NCBI GenBank assembly: GCA_001662655.1
Contig: KV460258.1
Length of the DNA stretch: 64,000 nucleotides
Strand: one strand, 5' to 3'
Source of the DNA: Pseudogymnoascus verrucosus
Lineage: Eukaryota
Part shown: positions 12,338 through 24,240 of the stretch, piece by piece
How positions within the stretch are numbered: the stretch's first letter is position 1
How the letters are laid out: each line of letters begins with the position of its first letter
Position numbers and translations under genes: made by a program
The notes under the pieces: model-generated
The model's input: only the letters and a program-made list of their open reading frames with translations
Told to the model about the DNA's origin: nothing
Databases searched by the model: none

Positions 12338-13972
12338 TCACGGCTTTGCCTTCTTCCGAATCATCCCAGCACCCAGAACATTGACTTCAGGGGCTTGCAC
12401 ACTCTCCTGAGGTGGCGCCTCGGCAGAGACCCCTCCATCATCGCCAGCCCGTCTCTTCTTCCTCACAAGCCCAACATTCAGCGTCGTGACGTTATCGCGA
12501 CCCGGCAAGTTTCTCGCCTCAAAAGCCTTCGTGCCAACAACTGTAGTTCCCCAGCCGAGCGTCTCAACGGGAGAGCCTCCCGGGACCTCGCCAGTCCATC
12601 GCTTCGTGGCTGCGCACGCTAGTTCGATATTCGCGAAGTCTAGCGATAGGAGGAGTTCGTGGAAGCGGTGGTAGTCTTTCTCCTCGAGCACAACTTGTCC
12701 TCTACTGTCGGCTGGCCATATGTAGTACGGCGTTCTCTCGGGCCTTGATGGCTGGTGGCTATTGCTGTTTTCTTTAACTCGGGGTTTTCGGGAAACAATG
12801 GGTCCAGAGAGAGTGGGCGCCTTCTTCGCCTTCCGGCGTCTTGTACGGGATGGAGATCTGGTCTCGTCTTTGAGAGTTTCGACAGTCCGATTCGGCAGTC
12901 TAGACGTTCGTTGCGATTTGACGGGACTATCATCTGGCTCCGTGAAACTACTTGCAAAGCTCGCTTGACTCGTCAATGCCTGGCTGCTAGCTGTGTCTTC
13001 TGCTTCCGCCGACTCCGACGGAGGAGTCGGCGCAAAGACAACCCATATGAACCCCACCAGACGGCCCGCACTGCATTCTTGACGGAAAGCCATCATTTCC
13101 CAAAACATATCCAAGTCCTTCACACTCTTCCACCGCCCGTTATCCTTCCCCTGAGACCCAGAAAGCTCGTCATCCAACTCGTCAAGATACCTCGACTTTG
13201 GGTCGTCCGGGAAGTGAGGGATGAGGCACCGAGGAGGCGCATCCGGGAAAAGCGCGATCTCTCGTAGTGGGTGGCCAACCGTCCATGTCTTCGTCTCTGC
13301 GTGCTTTGGTGGTAGGAATGCCCTCGTCTCATACGTATCCAAACCCGGCACTGTCAGATATCCATGAATGTTATGCCATCCTCCCTCTTTCTCGTTGGCC
13401 AGTAACGGGTTCAGCACCCGACACCACCACTTCACCAAGCCTCTGTCATCTAAGACATGCTTCCCTTTATTATCAATGCTCCTCGCAAATAGATATTGGT
13501 CCTGCGCCCGGGCGAACAGCGAAACGATGGTTTGGATGCCAGGCCTCCTACGTCGCTCCACCAGGTATGACAAAAACGCCGAGCTGATCTCCTTCAGCGG
13601 TGACGGACTGCCTTTGGGGAGGTCTAGTAGGTGTAGATATCCGCTGGAATCGGCTTTCGATACGAATAGCGTGGTGGAGTGCGCGGTCGAATAAATGAGG
13701 ATCTCGATAGCGTAGACGAGCACTTCGCCTGGTGAACCTGATGTGGCCTTGCCATTCGAATTTATCGACACGGACAGGAAATGACTTTCGCAGTATGTCT
13801 TGTTGGGTCGCTTTCCTGGAGGAGCAGAGTAGATCGCCGAAGTGGACGTTGGTGGCGTGGATAGATGGTATACCTTGAAGCTTGTGTCCTTTGGCAAGGC
13901 TTCACTCAGCAATTGCTCCAGCGACTTTCTCCTATCCTTCCCTCCAGAAAGTAAGCCATTATGCGCCGCCAT
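12338..13972 (-). CDS. RTT109: Histone H3K56 acetyltransferase Rtt109
   Basis: Intronless 544 aa; LFVSKADSSG, SLFARAQDQYLF, KHVLDDRGLVKWW, FPDDPKSRYL, MAFRQEC motifs. Confidence 0.95.
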   Translation of the reverse strand: MAAHNGLLSGGKDRRKSLEQLLSEALPKDTSFKVYHLSTPPTSTSAIYSAPPGKRPNKTYCESHFLSVSINSNGKATSGSPGEVLVYAIEILIYSTAHSTTLFVSKADSSGYLHLLDLPKGSPSPLKEISSAFLSYLVERRRRPGIQTIVSLFARAQDQYLFARSIDNKGKHVLDDRGLVKWWCRVLNPLLANEKEGGWHNIHGYLTVPGLDTYETRAFLPPKHAETKTWTVGHPLREIALFPDAPPRCLIPHFPDDPKSRYLDELDDELSGSQGKDNGRWKSVKDLDMFWEMMAFRQECSAGRLVGFIWVVFAPTPPSESAEAEDTASSQALTSQASFASSFTEPDDSPVKSQRTSRLPNRTVETLKDETRSPSRTRRRKAKKAPTLSGPIVSRKPRVKENSNSHQPSRPERTPYYIWPADSRGQVVLEEKDYHRFHELLLSLDFANIELACAATKRWTGEVPGGSPVETLGWGTTVVGTKAFEARNLPGRDNVTTLNVGLVRKKRRAGDDGGVSAEAPPQESVQAPEVNVLGAGMIRKKAKP

Positions 13973-14240
13973 AAGTATAGCAATAAACCAAAAATAACCT
14001 CATACTCCTAAGAAACTGCTTGAAATAAAACCGTCTTTGTTCTTCGCGGGCGCCGCTGTTGGAGCTCACCCAGATAAGGTTGTCCCCCAAGTGACGCGCC
14101 CCGGCCACCCATGTCCCAAAATCGCCTAGTGCCAATTCAAACTCCAGAATTTCGACAACCACCAATTCCACACCCTCATCAACCAGGAACGACCTGCCCC
14201 AAACCACCCAAACGAGTGCCGCCCCCTTCCACCACACACA

Positions 14241-15148
14241 ATGGCCACCAAAGCGCCCCTCCGTTCCCTCCAGGCGATTGCCGCACGCCCTTCCCTCTGC
14301 AGCGCCTCCGCCCCTCTCTCCTCCCTCGCCGCCCGTGTCGCCCCAGCACAAGCACAGAAGCTGTTCTCCACGAGCGTCGCGCGCGCGGAGGAGCTGAGCG
14401 AGAGGCCGCGATGGTCGTATACGCCTGAGAAGATGAAGGCGCCGTTCCAGCCGCGTGTGAAGAACCCGCAGATGGCGTTTTCGGTCAATGAGGACCCGGC
14501 GCTGTTGGATGCTGTGTATACTAAGTTTTTGGGGGTGGGTGGGGAGAATGCGCTCACGGATGAGGTCAAGTGGCTTGCGGTTACGCATAAGAGCTTTGAT
14601 CAGGGGAGGAGAGGGTTTAATGATAAGCTGGCTTTCTTGGGTACGTGATGTCACGCGTAATGGCTGGTGATGGCGGCGGGCTTGATTGGGGAACTGGGGC
14701 TAACGGGATTATAGGGAAACGGATCCTTGTGCTTCAGGGAACGACGGTGCTGCTTACGTCCCAGGCACCACCTCCTGCTTCGACAGATGCTTATAACCGC
14801 GAACCCTTCAACCACCCATCCCTCGAGGGCCTTGCCAAGGTCCAGGCAGTCGACCTTGGGGATGTGTTGTCCAAGCAGAGAGTTGGACAACTCGCGCGCT
14901 CATATGGCATCGACCAGGTCACAAGGTGGAAGCCGAGAAACGTATGTCCCTCATTATAACCTCCCTATGACCTTGAACAAATCCAATCTAACTCCCGATA
15001 GCCGCTGAGACTAGGAGCATCTGGTGTCGATGTCGTTCTGACGACTTCCGTGTACGCTATAATTGGAGCACTGGCATTACAGAAGGGCGGCGAATACGCC
15101 GGCCAGGTCGCGAGAGAGAAGGTCCTGAAGCCTTTGGGACTGTTATAG
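14241..15148 (+). CDS. MRPL15: Mitochondrial ribosomal protein mL57 (RNase III-like)
   Basis: Exons 14241-14640, 14715-14941, 15002-15148 in frame (257 aa); presequence, LAVTHKSFDQGRRGFNDKLAFLGKR, YAIIGALALQKGG. Confidence 0.9.
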
Positions 15149-15404
15149 GCGGAGCGGTTGTGTATTATACATTTTATGAGCATTTATTGGCGTCTGGATG
15201 TTCGAGTATTGTAAATTAGAATATAGATATTGTATGTTCAAAGATTTGGATTAACTCTGGATAAAGGGGAGAATCGTCAATCGTGACACTATATTTAACT
15301 GTGTGCTCTATATTTGCGCTATAAGAGCGACATTTTTATACCATGAACGCCTTCGCTATGCCCCTTTATAACTATGTGCAATAACTTCAAATCTCGTACG
15401 GCCA

Positions 15405-16375
15405 TCAGCGCGCTTCACAAGCCGCGATAACCTGTGCCGTAATATCCTTAAAGATTGGGGATAGCGAGCATTTCGGGTACTTCGCAACCAGCTGCCCCGA
15501 CTCTTTAGTCTCATTATTTGTTGGTTGCCCATCTGCGCTCTCCATAGCCTGGCCATTGATCGATGTGCCCGCCGGATACGAAGGTGTCCTGCCCGCCTCC
15601 ACCAGCATGACAAACTGGGGATCAATCGGAACACTCCCGAGGAATTTAACGTTGAATTCTTCCGCCATCACCTCGCCGCCTCCGGAGCTGAACACGTTTG
15701 TGCATTCCGAGCAACTGGGGCACACAAATCCGCTCATGTTCTCCACCACGCCAATCACGTTGATCGCCGTCTTCACGCAGAAGTTTAGCTCCTTCTTCAC
15801 ATCCGCTGTGGCCACAGCTTGTGGAGTGGTGACAACAACAGCCCCCTTGACTTGTCCCGGCGCTGCATCCTTCATCAGTGTCTCCGCCAAGCTTATATGC
15901 TCATCAGAAGTTCCGGGTGGCGTGTCGATCAAGAGGTAGTCAACCTCGCCCCACAGCACATCGGTCAAAAACTGGCGCACCATAGCCGTCTTCTTCGGCC
16001 CTCTCCATACGACTGCATCACCTCTTTCTCTGAGTAGGAAGCCCAAGCTCATACATCGCAGCTCGCCGATGCCGGCCTCAGGGTCCGCGGCGTGGACTGG
16101 GACTGGTACCCATCCGCCTGGGGCTTGTGTGACTTTCGCGGACTCGATGCCGAATAGGCGGGGTATAGATGGGCCGGTAAGATCGATATCTAGTACTCCG
16201 ACAGAGTGTCCGGCGAGGGAGAGGGAGAGCGCAAGTTGAGTTGTGATCGAGGATTTGCCAACCCCTCCTTTGCCTGAGAGGACCTGTAACACAACAGTTT
16301 AGTGGGGTTCTTGGATCCATTTTGGTGATAAATGTAACTTACAAGGACAATATTTTTAATCTTGTCTAGAGACAT
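15405..16375 (-). CDS. CFD1: Cytosolic Fe-S cluster assembly factor Cfd1
   Basis: Exons 16375-16343 and 16283-15405; [13 protein letters not shown]-loop, [21 protein letters not shown]; lacks the N-terminal Cys cluster of Nbp35. Confidence 0.93.
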
Positions 16376-16732
16376 TGTGTATTATGCCGCTGTTCTCGCC
16401 AGAAATCCTCTGTTATATTATTTGACGTTCAGTCATATCATGGTGATCCATAGAAATAAATTCAGAGACCCTGGGGTTTATGTTATCGATACCTTGCTGC
16501 AGATTAGCAAGCAACGTCCGCGGCCCCACCCGATCGGCACCACGTTTTTGCGGCTTCCGGATGTTCCGAGCAGCACCCCTGCATCATCGACTATCGACGT
16601 AGGTAGACGCGCATCCTGCAGCCGCCCCCAAATTTCAAATCCAGGTAACTGCCAGGCGCTGTGGTTTTGCCATCCGAGCAACAATTCGCAAGCTCGGGTC
16701 ACGATGAAAGTCGCGCTTACCTTCGAGCCGCA

Positions 16733-19234
16733 ATGGATGATCCCTGGGGCTCGCCATGGGCAGATGAGGCGCCAGGGACAGCTAAGAAATTAGATGAGGC
16801 GAGGCCGAAGCCGATTGTGATAGCTACGCAAAAGGAGCTCCCGTTCGACTCGGGGCCAAGATCGCCTTGGGATGATGATGGGGATGATGAAGAGTGGTCG
16901 GCGAATCTTGATAATGTAGTCCAGTCACAGCGCACGTCGATAATACAGAATGCGGATGAGGGCTGGAGCTACCATCAGAGCAACGCACGCGAGCCTCTTA
17001 GGAGGGATGAGGCGGCTACGACGGGGGCTGGATCGCCCTGGGTCCCGCTCTCACATGAGGCAGGAGAATCTCCAAAACAAGATCTACAAAGAGGAAGAGG
17101 AGAACAGAGTTTTGACGACCCCTGGGCACAAGCAGATGTTCAAACAGAAGCGGAGCTATCGCCGAATTTGACACAACAAGCTCAAGAGCCAGCTAAAAAG
17201 ATCGATGCGGACCCATACCACTCCCGCCAGGAGCTTGGCAAGATCGCAGATGATGTTCCTCCACAAGAAGAACACCAGCTTGAGCCCCCCGTCAAGGACT
17301 CTATCCAACCCGAAACATTTCCGTCCCCAGATAGTGGCAATAAATCCCCCGTTATAGAATCACCCGGCCATAAAGAGTCCGATGCAGGGGATAACATCCC
17401 CCAGCCTCCAGGCTCAGAGACCCCAGATAAGGATGCGACCCAGTCTTCTCGGCCGTCCTTGTCACTCTCGGAACATAGCCACCACCATGAAGAGATCAAT
17501 GGCTCTCCACATACGCCACCTGATGGCGAATCAAACCCCATAACGGTTGGAACTAAAGACACTTCAAAGGTCAAGGAGTTAGTTCAGCTATTCGATGGCT
17601 TAGCTGTAGAATCTCCAAGCACCCCCGATGGTCGCAGCAATGAAGATTTGCCTTTGGCTTCATCAGAGTCGACGCTCGAGGAACCTTCTCCCGCAGAAAC
17701 GGAAGACGAGTTTGGCGATTTTGAGGACGGTGTCTCCTTTGTCAGTGCTAGTGCAGATTCTGACGAGCCAGAAGTTTCGACGGATGCTCCGACTCCAGTG
17801 CAGTCGTCAAAGACTCCAGAAAAGGCTATTATTTCACGACCAGAAGAGCGAAGGACTTTTGAACGCGGGTCGATAAAATTTGACATCGACAAGTCTATTG
17901 TGGATCAGCTCTATTCGGACAAAGAGGCATTGCCAGAGTCTACCAATTATGGGCCGTCAGATGTTGATATCCCGATAACTGACTCGCTGTTAACAGTCGA
18001 GCAGCGAAAGGTATGGTATCGAATATCTCGATACGGGACGATGCGAAAACACAATTCTGGGGACGATGATGCCTATGTGAGAATGGGCTGGCAGGATTCC
18101 AAGGTTCGAGAAAAGACACTTGATATAGTGCACAAATGGATGGAGGAGGGTCGCCTAGGTTCTGGCATGGCTCTTGGTGGAGTCGGGAGGGTCGAAGCGA
18201 TGTTCAGCTGGGGTAAGCCCGGACAAGCTCCAAATACCGAAGCCCTCCATATAGCTCGCAAAGCCTCGCAGTCTAGTAAGGCAAGACAACCAGCCTTGCC
18301 TATTTCACCTCCCCGACAGTCTGCACCCGATGTCAAGCCTGTCCACAAACGGCAAAAGAGCTCCGTGGGCTCTATCAAGAGCATCGTGAGTTCACCAGTG
18401 GAACAGAGCCCGCGTTTCAGTTGGAGCGCTGCGCAACCTGCATCTCCTGACGTAGCTACGGCCATTACCTCGGCATCCAGCGAATCTCATTCTGAGAGTT
18501 TCCGCCAGGAGCCAGTTATGCCCCCTATTTCGAAGGCGTTTGAATCGCCCAGCCCTGTGCCCGTTCCAATAGAGCCGTTAAAACCTAAACCAGCTGCGCC
18601 GCCTGCACCCGAACAACATAAGGACGTTATTCCAAAATCAAATGATGACGACGACGAATGGGGCGAGATGGTGGCGTCCCCTGCTACTCCAAACTTCCCA
18701 AGCCTTCCTGGCTTTCCATCTCCAATTCAAGTCAACGCGCCGTCAACGACTACACCGCACTTGAGTCATGTTGGTATGAGCAACAATCACGTCAGGAAAC
18801 ACTTCAGGAATTCCTCACTCGGAAACCAAGCCAACGGGTCTACCCCTCCTAAACCGTTTGACATGGACGATTTCGTTCCAAAAGCATCAAATAGATCAAG
18901 TCTAGGGGATCTGTCGAAGTTGACGTCTAGCTCTGGAGATCCCTGGGCAAACGCAGACTTCTCCTTTTTTGAGTCTCCAAGTACTGCGCCTACGAGCGTA
19001 CCAGCATCCAAGCCGCCATCGTATGCATCGAAGCCACTTCCATTTGCATCGAAACCCACTCCTGTGGCAAGGCATGCTACTCAGGCATTGAATACGAAGT
19101 CGGGCGAATCCACATCGCCACAGATTCCATCTGCTCTAGCTGCTGGCCGGAAGTCCAAGGCGGAATTGGAACAGGATAAGATTGTTAGGGACATTATTAA
19201 CGGTCTACCGGACCTCTCATATATGCTTCGTTGA
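16733..19234 (+). CDS. Hypothetical disordered protein (833 aa) with DPW, FGDF and WGEM motifs
   Basis: Long intronless ORF from ATG 16733 (MDDPWGSPWAD); central folded-looking segment RKVWYRISRYGTMRKHNSG. Confidence 0.85.
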   Translation: MDDPWGSPWADEAPGTAKKLDEARPKPIVIATQKELPFDSGPRSPWDDDGDDEEWSANLDNVVQSQRTSIIQNADEGWSYHQSNAREPLRRDEAATTGAGSPWVPLSHEAGESPKQDLQRGRGEQSFDDPWAQADVQTEAELSPNLTQQAQEPAKKIDADPYHSRQELGKIADDVPPQEEHQLEPPVKDSIQPETFPSPDSGNKSPVIESPGHKESDAGDNIPQPPGSETPDKDATQSSRPSLSLSEHSHHHEEINGSPHTPPDGESNPITVGTKDTSKVKELVQLFDGLAVESPSTPDGRSNEDLPLASSESTLEEPSPAETEDEFGDFEDGVSFVSASADSDEPEVSTDAPTPVQSSKTPEKAIISRPEERRTFERGSIKFDIDKSIVDQLYSDKEALPESTNYGPSDVDIPITDSLLTVEQRKVWYRISRYGTMRKHNSGDDDAYVRMGWQDSKVREKTLDIVHKWMEEGRLGSGMALGGVGRVEAMFSWGKPGQAPNTEALHIARKASQSSKARQPALPISPPRQSAPDVKPVHKRQKSSVGSIKSIVSSPVEQSPRFSWSAAQPASPDVATAITSASSESHSESFRQEPVMPPISKAFESPSPVPVPIEPLKPKPAAPPAPEQHKDVIPKSNDDDDEWGEMVASPATPNFPSLPGFPSPIQVNAPSTTTPHLSHVGMSNNHVRKHFRNSSLGNQANGSTPPKPFDMDDFVPKASNRSSLGDLSKLTSSSGDPWANADFSFFESPSTAPTSVPASKPPSYASKPLPFASKPTPVARHATQALNTKSGESTSPQIPSALAAGRKSKAELEQDKIVRDIINGLPDLSYMLR

Positions 19235-19630
19235 TGTGGTGGACCTCAGAAGTAGTAGTTATGGTGTCGAGGGAGAAGCTATCCGCGCAGGACTCACTCC
19301 TAGGGTATTTAGTTGAGGCCAACAAGGATATTTGGCGCTTTAAATGAACATATGTAACATACTACCAAACCAATATATATAATTAAATATAACAAATATC
19401 AAACTTCATACATACTTTACTGCATTTTCCATGTTCCTCCCATCAACAATCCCCGCCCCTGAATCCCTCCCGATAAGCGATAAGCAGTCCCCCAAAAAAT
19501 AAATACCAAACCCACCACCAAAAAAAACCCCACTAGCAACCCCGCGAAACCTCCCGCGAGCATCTTTCCAACCTACTTTCTCCTCCCCCTACCTCTATAA
19601 ACAAAACAGACAACCCCTCAGACATACGCA

Positions 19631-20369
19631 ATGGCGCCCACCCTCTCCGAAGACGAAACCGATGACCTGATCTACTTTGCGCGCGCGGGCGAGCTGGCGG
19701 ATTTCCGCGAGTCGATCGAGGCGCTCTGCAAGCGTGAGGGGTGTGAGGTTGAGGAGGTTCTGGCGGTGGCTGTGGATGGGGAGTCGGGGAATGGGGTGTT
19801 GCATATGGCGGCTGCGAATGGGCATAGTGGTTAGTCTTCTCCCCTTCCCCTGCTCTGCCCCCGTCGTCGGTGTTTTGGTCTTGCCCGGAGACTAGGATAG
19901 ATGGTGGATGACGGAGGTTTGAAGGATGAGATGAACACACAGCTAACACCCCCCCACAGAAATTCTCAAACACCTCCTCACAACCCTCTCCTCCACCACC
20001 ACCCTCCCCACCCTCCTCAACACCCGCAACTCCGCCGGCAACACCCCCCTCCACTGGGCAGCGCTCAACGGCCACCTCTCCGCCGTCCAGGTCCTCGTCG
20101 AGGCAGGCGCGGATCCGTATATACAGAATGGAGTCGGACATGACGCCATCTATGAGGCGGAGGTGAATGATAGGAAGGAGGCGGTGGATTGGATGTTGAA
20201 GGAGGGGGGGGAGGGGTTGGAGGAGTTGGGGGAGGCGGCGGGGGGGGAGGGGGATGAGGAGATGGGTGCGGAGGGTGCGGAGGGCGAGGGCGTGGAGGGG
20301 ATGGAGGGGTTGAAGGAGGCGGTTGAGGGGTTGAGTGTTGGGAAGGGGAAGGGGAAGGAGGAGGTATAG
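19631..20369 (+). CDS. YAR1: Ankyrin-repeat protein Yar1 (Rps3 chaperone)
   Basis: Exons 19631-19829 and 19960-20369 in frame (202 aa); DDLIYFARAGE, GNGVLHMAAANGH, GNTPLHWAALNGH, acidic tail. Confidence 0.85.
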
Positions 20370-20914
20370 GGGTGTTATGTGGGCTTGTGGGGAGTTTATG
20401 GCGTTAAAAGAGAGAAGGCATTATGAGGCGAGGGACGAGAATTTACGTATATACATCCTGTTTTGGGCTTTCGACAAGCTTTGCTTTACGTATCAGATGG
20501 GTGCTTGACGGAAGTGCATTTGTTTATTTTCAGGGACAAGGTGCACCCATTTATTCATCACTCGACTCGATACAGATCAATCTCCTCAAAAAAGCACTTC
20601 AATTTTAAGCTATATGCCAGGGAAGATTAGACAAAAAGCCAGGACAGCACAAAGTACAGCAAAGTACAGCAAGTCAAATCAGAGCAAACACATCTTCGAG
20701 CACAAAAAACAACAACAAATAACAGCAACAGCAACATACATTTGCATCCCCCAAGATCAAAGCCAGATCAAAAAGTAAAAACTTAAAACGCCCGCCTTGG
20801 TATACCCAAACCCCAAAAACAAAAACGCCAGACAATATATACCACCCACCCTCCATCCTAGACCCCGAGGACGGAGGCCAAGGTTATCCCAACCCGCAAC
20901 AGACAGACACACCC

Positions 20915-22139
20915 TTACTCATCACCACCAACACTCCCACTCTCCCACACCGACCACCCCTCCTCAGCCTTCTCAATAGGCTCCAGCAGCGCCGCCGACT
21001 GAGGCGCCAGCACCTCAGTCATGAGCTCCTCCGCAGCAGCCACAACATCCACCTCCTCCTTCTTCTCCTCGACAACCTCCTCTTCCACCACAATACTAGA
21101 GCTGAACTGAAACTCCGGCGCGCTCAACGGCGACGGCCCAAGCTCAACCACATCATCAGCCGGCACAATAACCTCGCCCGCCGCATCCTCCGCATACAGA
21201 TCCCCGATCGGGACCTCGCCCAACACCTGTCTATCGACCTCGATCTCGCTCTCCTCCCTCTTACGACGTCCAAGGCGTGTCTTCCCCTCAACACCCTGTG
21301 CCGAAACCTGCTGTGGGCGAGGTGCAACTCCCTCCTCCTCGGTGGGGGGGACGTTCTCCTTTCCCCTCCCCTCGTCGCGGGGACGCGTAGCGCTCTCCTC
21401 ATCACTGCTGATGTCCAGGGTGTACGTGCTGTGCTCCATCAAGTTCGTCAGGGTCTCCTCCTGCGTGTCCTCATGGATCGCGAATTCCCAGCTCGGCTTG
21501 TAAGATGGCCTCGCCAGCGGCGGGAGTGTAGGACGCGAGAGGGGTGTTGTGCCGCTAAGTGCTGTGGCGAGGGAGAATGGGAGGGACGATGACGACGCGG
21601 ATGACGAGAAGTTAGGTGGGTCGACGCGAGTGAACCCCGCGGAGCCAGTCTTGCGGCGGTTGAGAAGCCCGATGCGTTTCCGTGTCGGCGAGCGCCCGGC
21701 TGGGGTCGAGAGGGCGGGGTGGGGGGAGGAGGTGTGGAAGCGGGCGGGGGATTTGGGGGTTAGGGTTGTGCGTGTGGTGGGCGAGGCGGGGGTGTTGTAT
21801 TCGAGAGGGGATTTTGTGGTGAGGATGAAGGCGGAGGGTTTGGAGATGGAGGAGTCGCTGCTGCCTTTGGAGCGCTTGGTGGAGAGGGTGGGGTCGATGT
21901 TCTCGGCGTCGATGTCATCGTCGTAGGAAGCTGCCTTGCGTTTTGTGGAGGAGGCGAGGGATTGGGGGAGGGCTTTTGGGGTGTTAGATGCGGTGAAGGC
22001 AGAGTGGGCGTGGGGAGAGGAGGGAATTACCATTTTGGCGGTTCTTGAGGCTCGTAAGAGTCTGGAGACGCGAGCTGTTGAGGGGTGCGAAGGGCTGGCG
22101 GACAGCACCGACGGCGGGTTGGTAGAGTGTAGAAGCCAT
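20915..22139 (-). CDS. Acm1-like APC/C pseudosubstrate protein
   Basis: Exons 22139-22031 and 21972-20915 (intron GTAATT..CTAAC..AAG) in frame, 388 aa; ABBA (FAIHED), KEN (KENVPP) and D-box (RQVLGEV) in Acm1 order; CDK-type S/TP sites. Confidence 0.75.
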
Positions 22140-24240
22140 CACGAAGGATTGATTGACGGATTCAAGTGTAACGACAGGACGAACAAGTTCGATGGACAAG
22201 ATATTGATTGTATGTGTGTTATTGCTGGCTGTTGTTCTTGTCAACAAACAATCCGAGTATATCAATCCACGACCACAACACAAGATGAATGAGTGTAATG
22301 ATTGATGAAGTGAGGAGAAGAAGAACAAGAGTTGGGGGGATTGTCACCTATTATTGCGGCCCCTCACACAGGAAGTATACTGGTTCCACCGTACAGTGTT
22401 CGTGCTTTGTACCAAGGAAGGAGAGAAGAGGGGGTATGTCTCGCGTCGCTCTGCCTCAGCACGCTCAAAGCAGCGTCTTGGTGTCTGGCTGATGTCTGGG
22501 TTAGAAGAAATTAGCCCTCTTTTCCCTGATCGCGTTGGAGAGCTGGAGAGCGTGTTCGACGCGTCCTTACCAATGAAGTCGCGGCAGCTTACCCGCCGAC
22601 GCACGCACGGGAGAAAGTTTCCTCACAGCTAAAGTGGTCTATTGGCACACTATAGGTAAGGTACCTGCACTTACCTGCACCTACCTGGACTTAACCAAGG
22701 CAGAGCAGGAACGACGTGCAGAAGCCGTGCATCAGCGCAATTTAGGAGTCGGAGACGGACGGGGACTCCACGGGCGCTGAGTGGTGTAAGTGGCTCGGTG
22801 CGTGGGGAAGACGCTCGTTTGGTGCTAGGCGGTGTTTCTGGCGGTACAAGGCGGTGCTACGGCTGTAACGTCGCGAAGGAAGGAGCGGCCGAGCGACGCG
22901 TTATAGGGGACCGGATGGACCGAATTTCAATTAACCAACGCGACCACGGCGCGAAAGAGGTGGGGGCGATTGGGGATTGGGTTTGAGTTTTTTATATAGA
23001 GTGGTCTAGTATGGTATAGATGGTATAGATATGCGCACGGAAATCCAGTATCCGTGGCCTTTTTGTACGCGATGAAACTGGAGCATATGTAGGAGTAAGA
23101 AGAAGAAGAAGCAGGAGAGAGTTTTACTACGTGAGGTTGTTCAATTCAATGGCCGCCGTCATCCCTTCACTCTCGCTCTTCCCACTTCAACGCGGCACGG
23201 CGCGCTCACGACCAAACTTCTACGTGAAGGGTTCGTTCCCTTCCGGGTGCCGCTTCGGGACGTCCCCACCGCCGCCGTGTCTCATCACCACCACGACTCA
23301 CTAAAATTACCAGATGAACAAAACTGTTTGACTCCCCCTGACGCAAACGGCGAATGTGTTAGATGCCAATCTCCAGTTCTCCATCAGAGCTGTCGTAAAT
23401 TGTCAATTATCTACTATCTTTCACCAACAATTACTGCACAGCACAGCTCCTCCACCACGCACGCCAACTCTTCAGCTAGCCTCTTACCCACCAACCCACC
23501 CACACATCCACCCTTCATGCCCCTCGCGGGTGGCCGTCACACTGGCGGCCCCCCCTTTACCAATGCATCGGCGGCCGAATCACGTCCTTAAACACGACAT
23601 GTGAAGAAATTCAGCGAGGATGTCGTGACTGTTGGCTCGGCCATATCTCTGCAGCAGCGTATGTCGTGGTCGTTGGCTCCTCCGTCTCTCTGCAGCGCTG
23701 TACTCCCTGACTCGCTCACCTGGTGTCGTGCGACGGATTGGGGATGGGGGAGCTCGGTGTTTCAATGTGGGCGGCAGGATGGGTTTCAATAGAGGTATCC
23801 CAAAGATAAGGGAGGGTCTTGATCGGACGGATGGTAAGGTTGGAGGGAGTTGAGCGCGATGGCTATGGCTATGCCATTGATTGAATCCCTCATCGTACAC
23901 CATCCGCCTCACATCACCGGTCTGCACCAACAGCACCCACTGCATCATAATCAGGTCGCCACGCCCCCGACCGGCCGTGGCGAAGCACATAAGCAGCCAT
24001 CATCCAGTCATGTGTAACATTATGCACCTCCAAGCCAGCTACGAATGCTATGAACCAAGAGGTGGTAACACGCCCCCCCATCACCCTCCACCGTTTTTTC
24101 TAAAAAACTAAAAAAAATGCTGCTGCTGCCATCTCACCCACCGCCTCTTGAGGATCAGCGTAAATGCTGAATCCGCCCATCTCCAGCCAGGACGACGTGT
24201 CCAGCTCTGCTACGTAGATATTCTCATCCGCCAATGCCAC

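Noticed and set aside
15286..15319. Additional copy of the 34-bp palindrome
   Set aside because: Only the right arm matches; the left arm is out of register.
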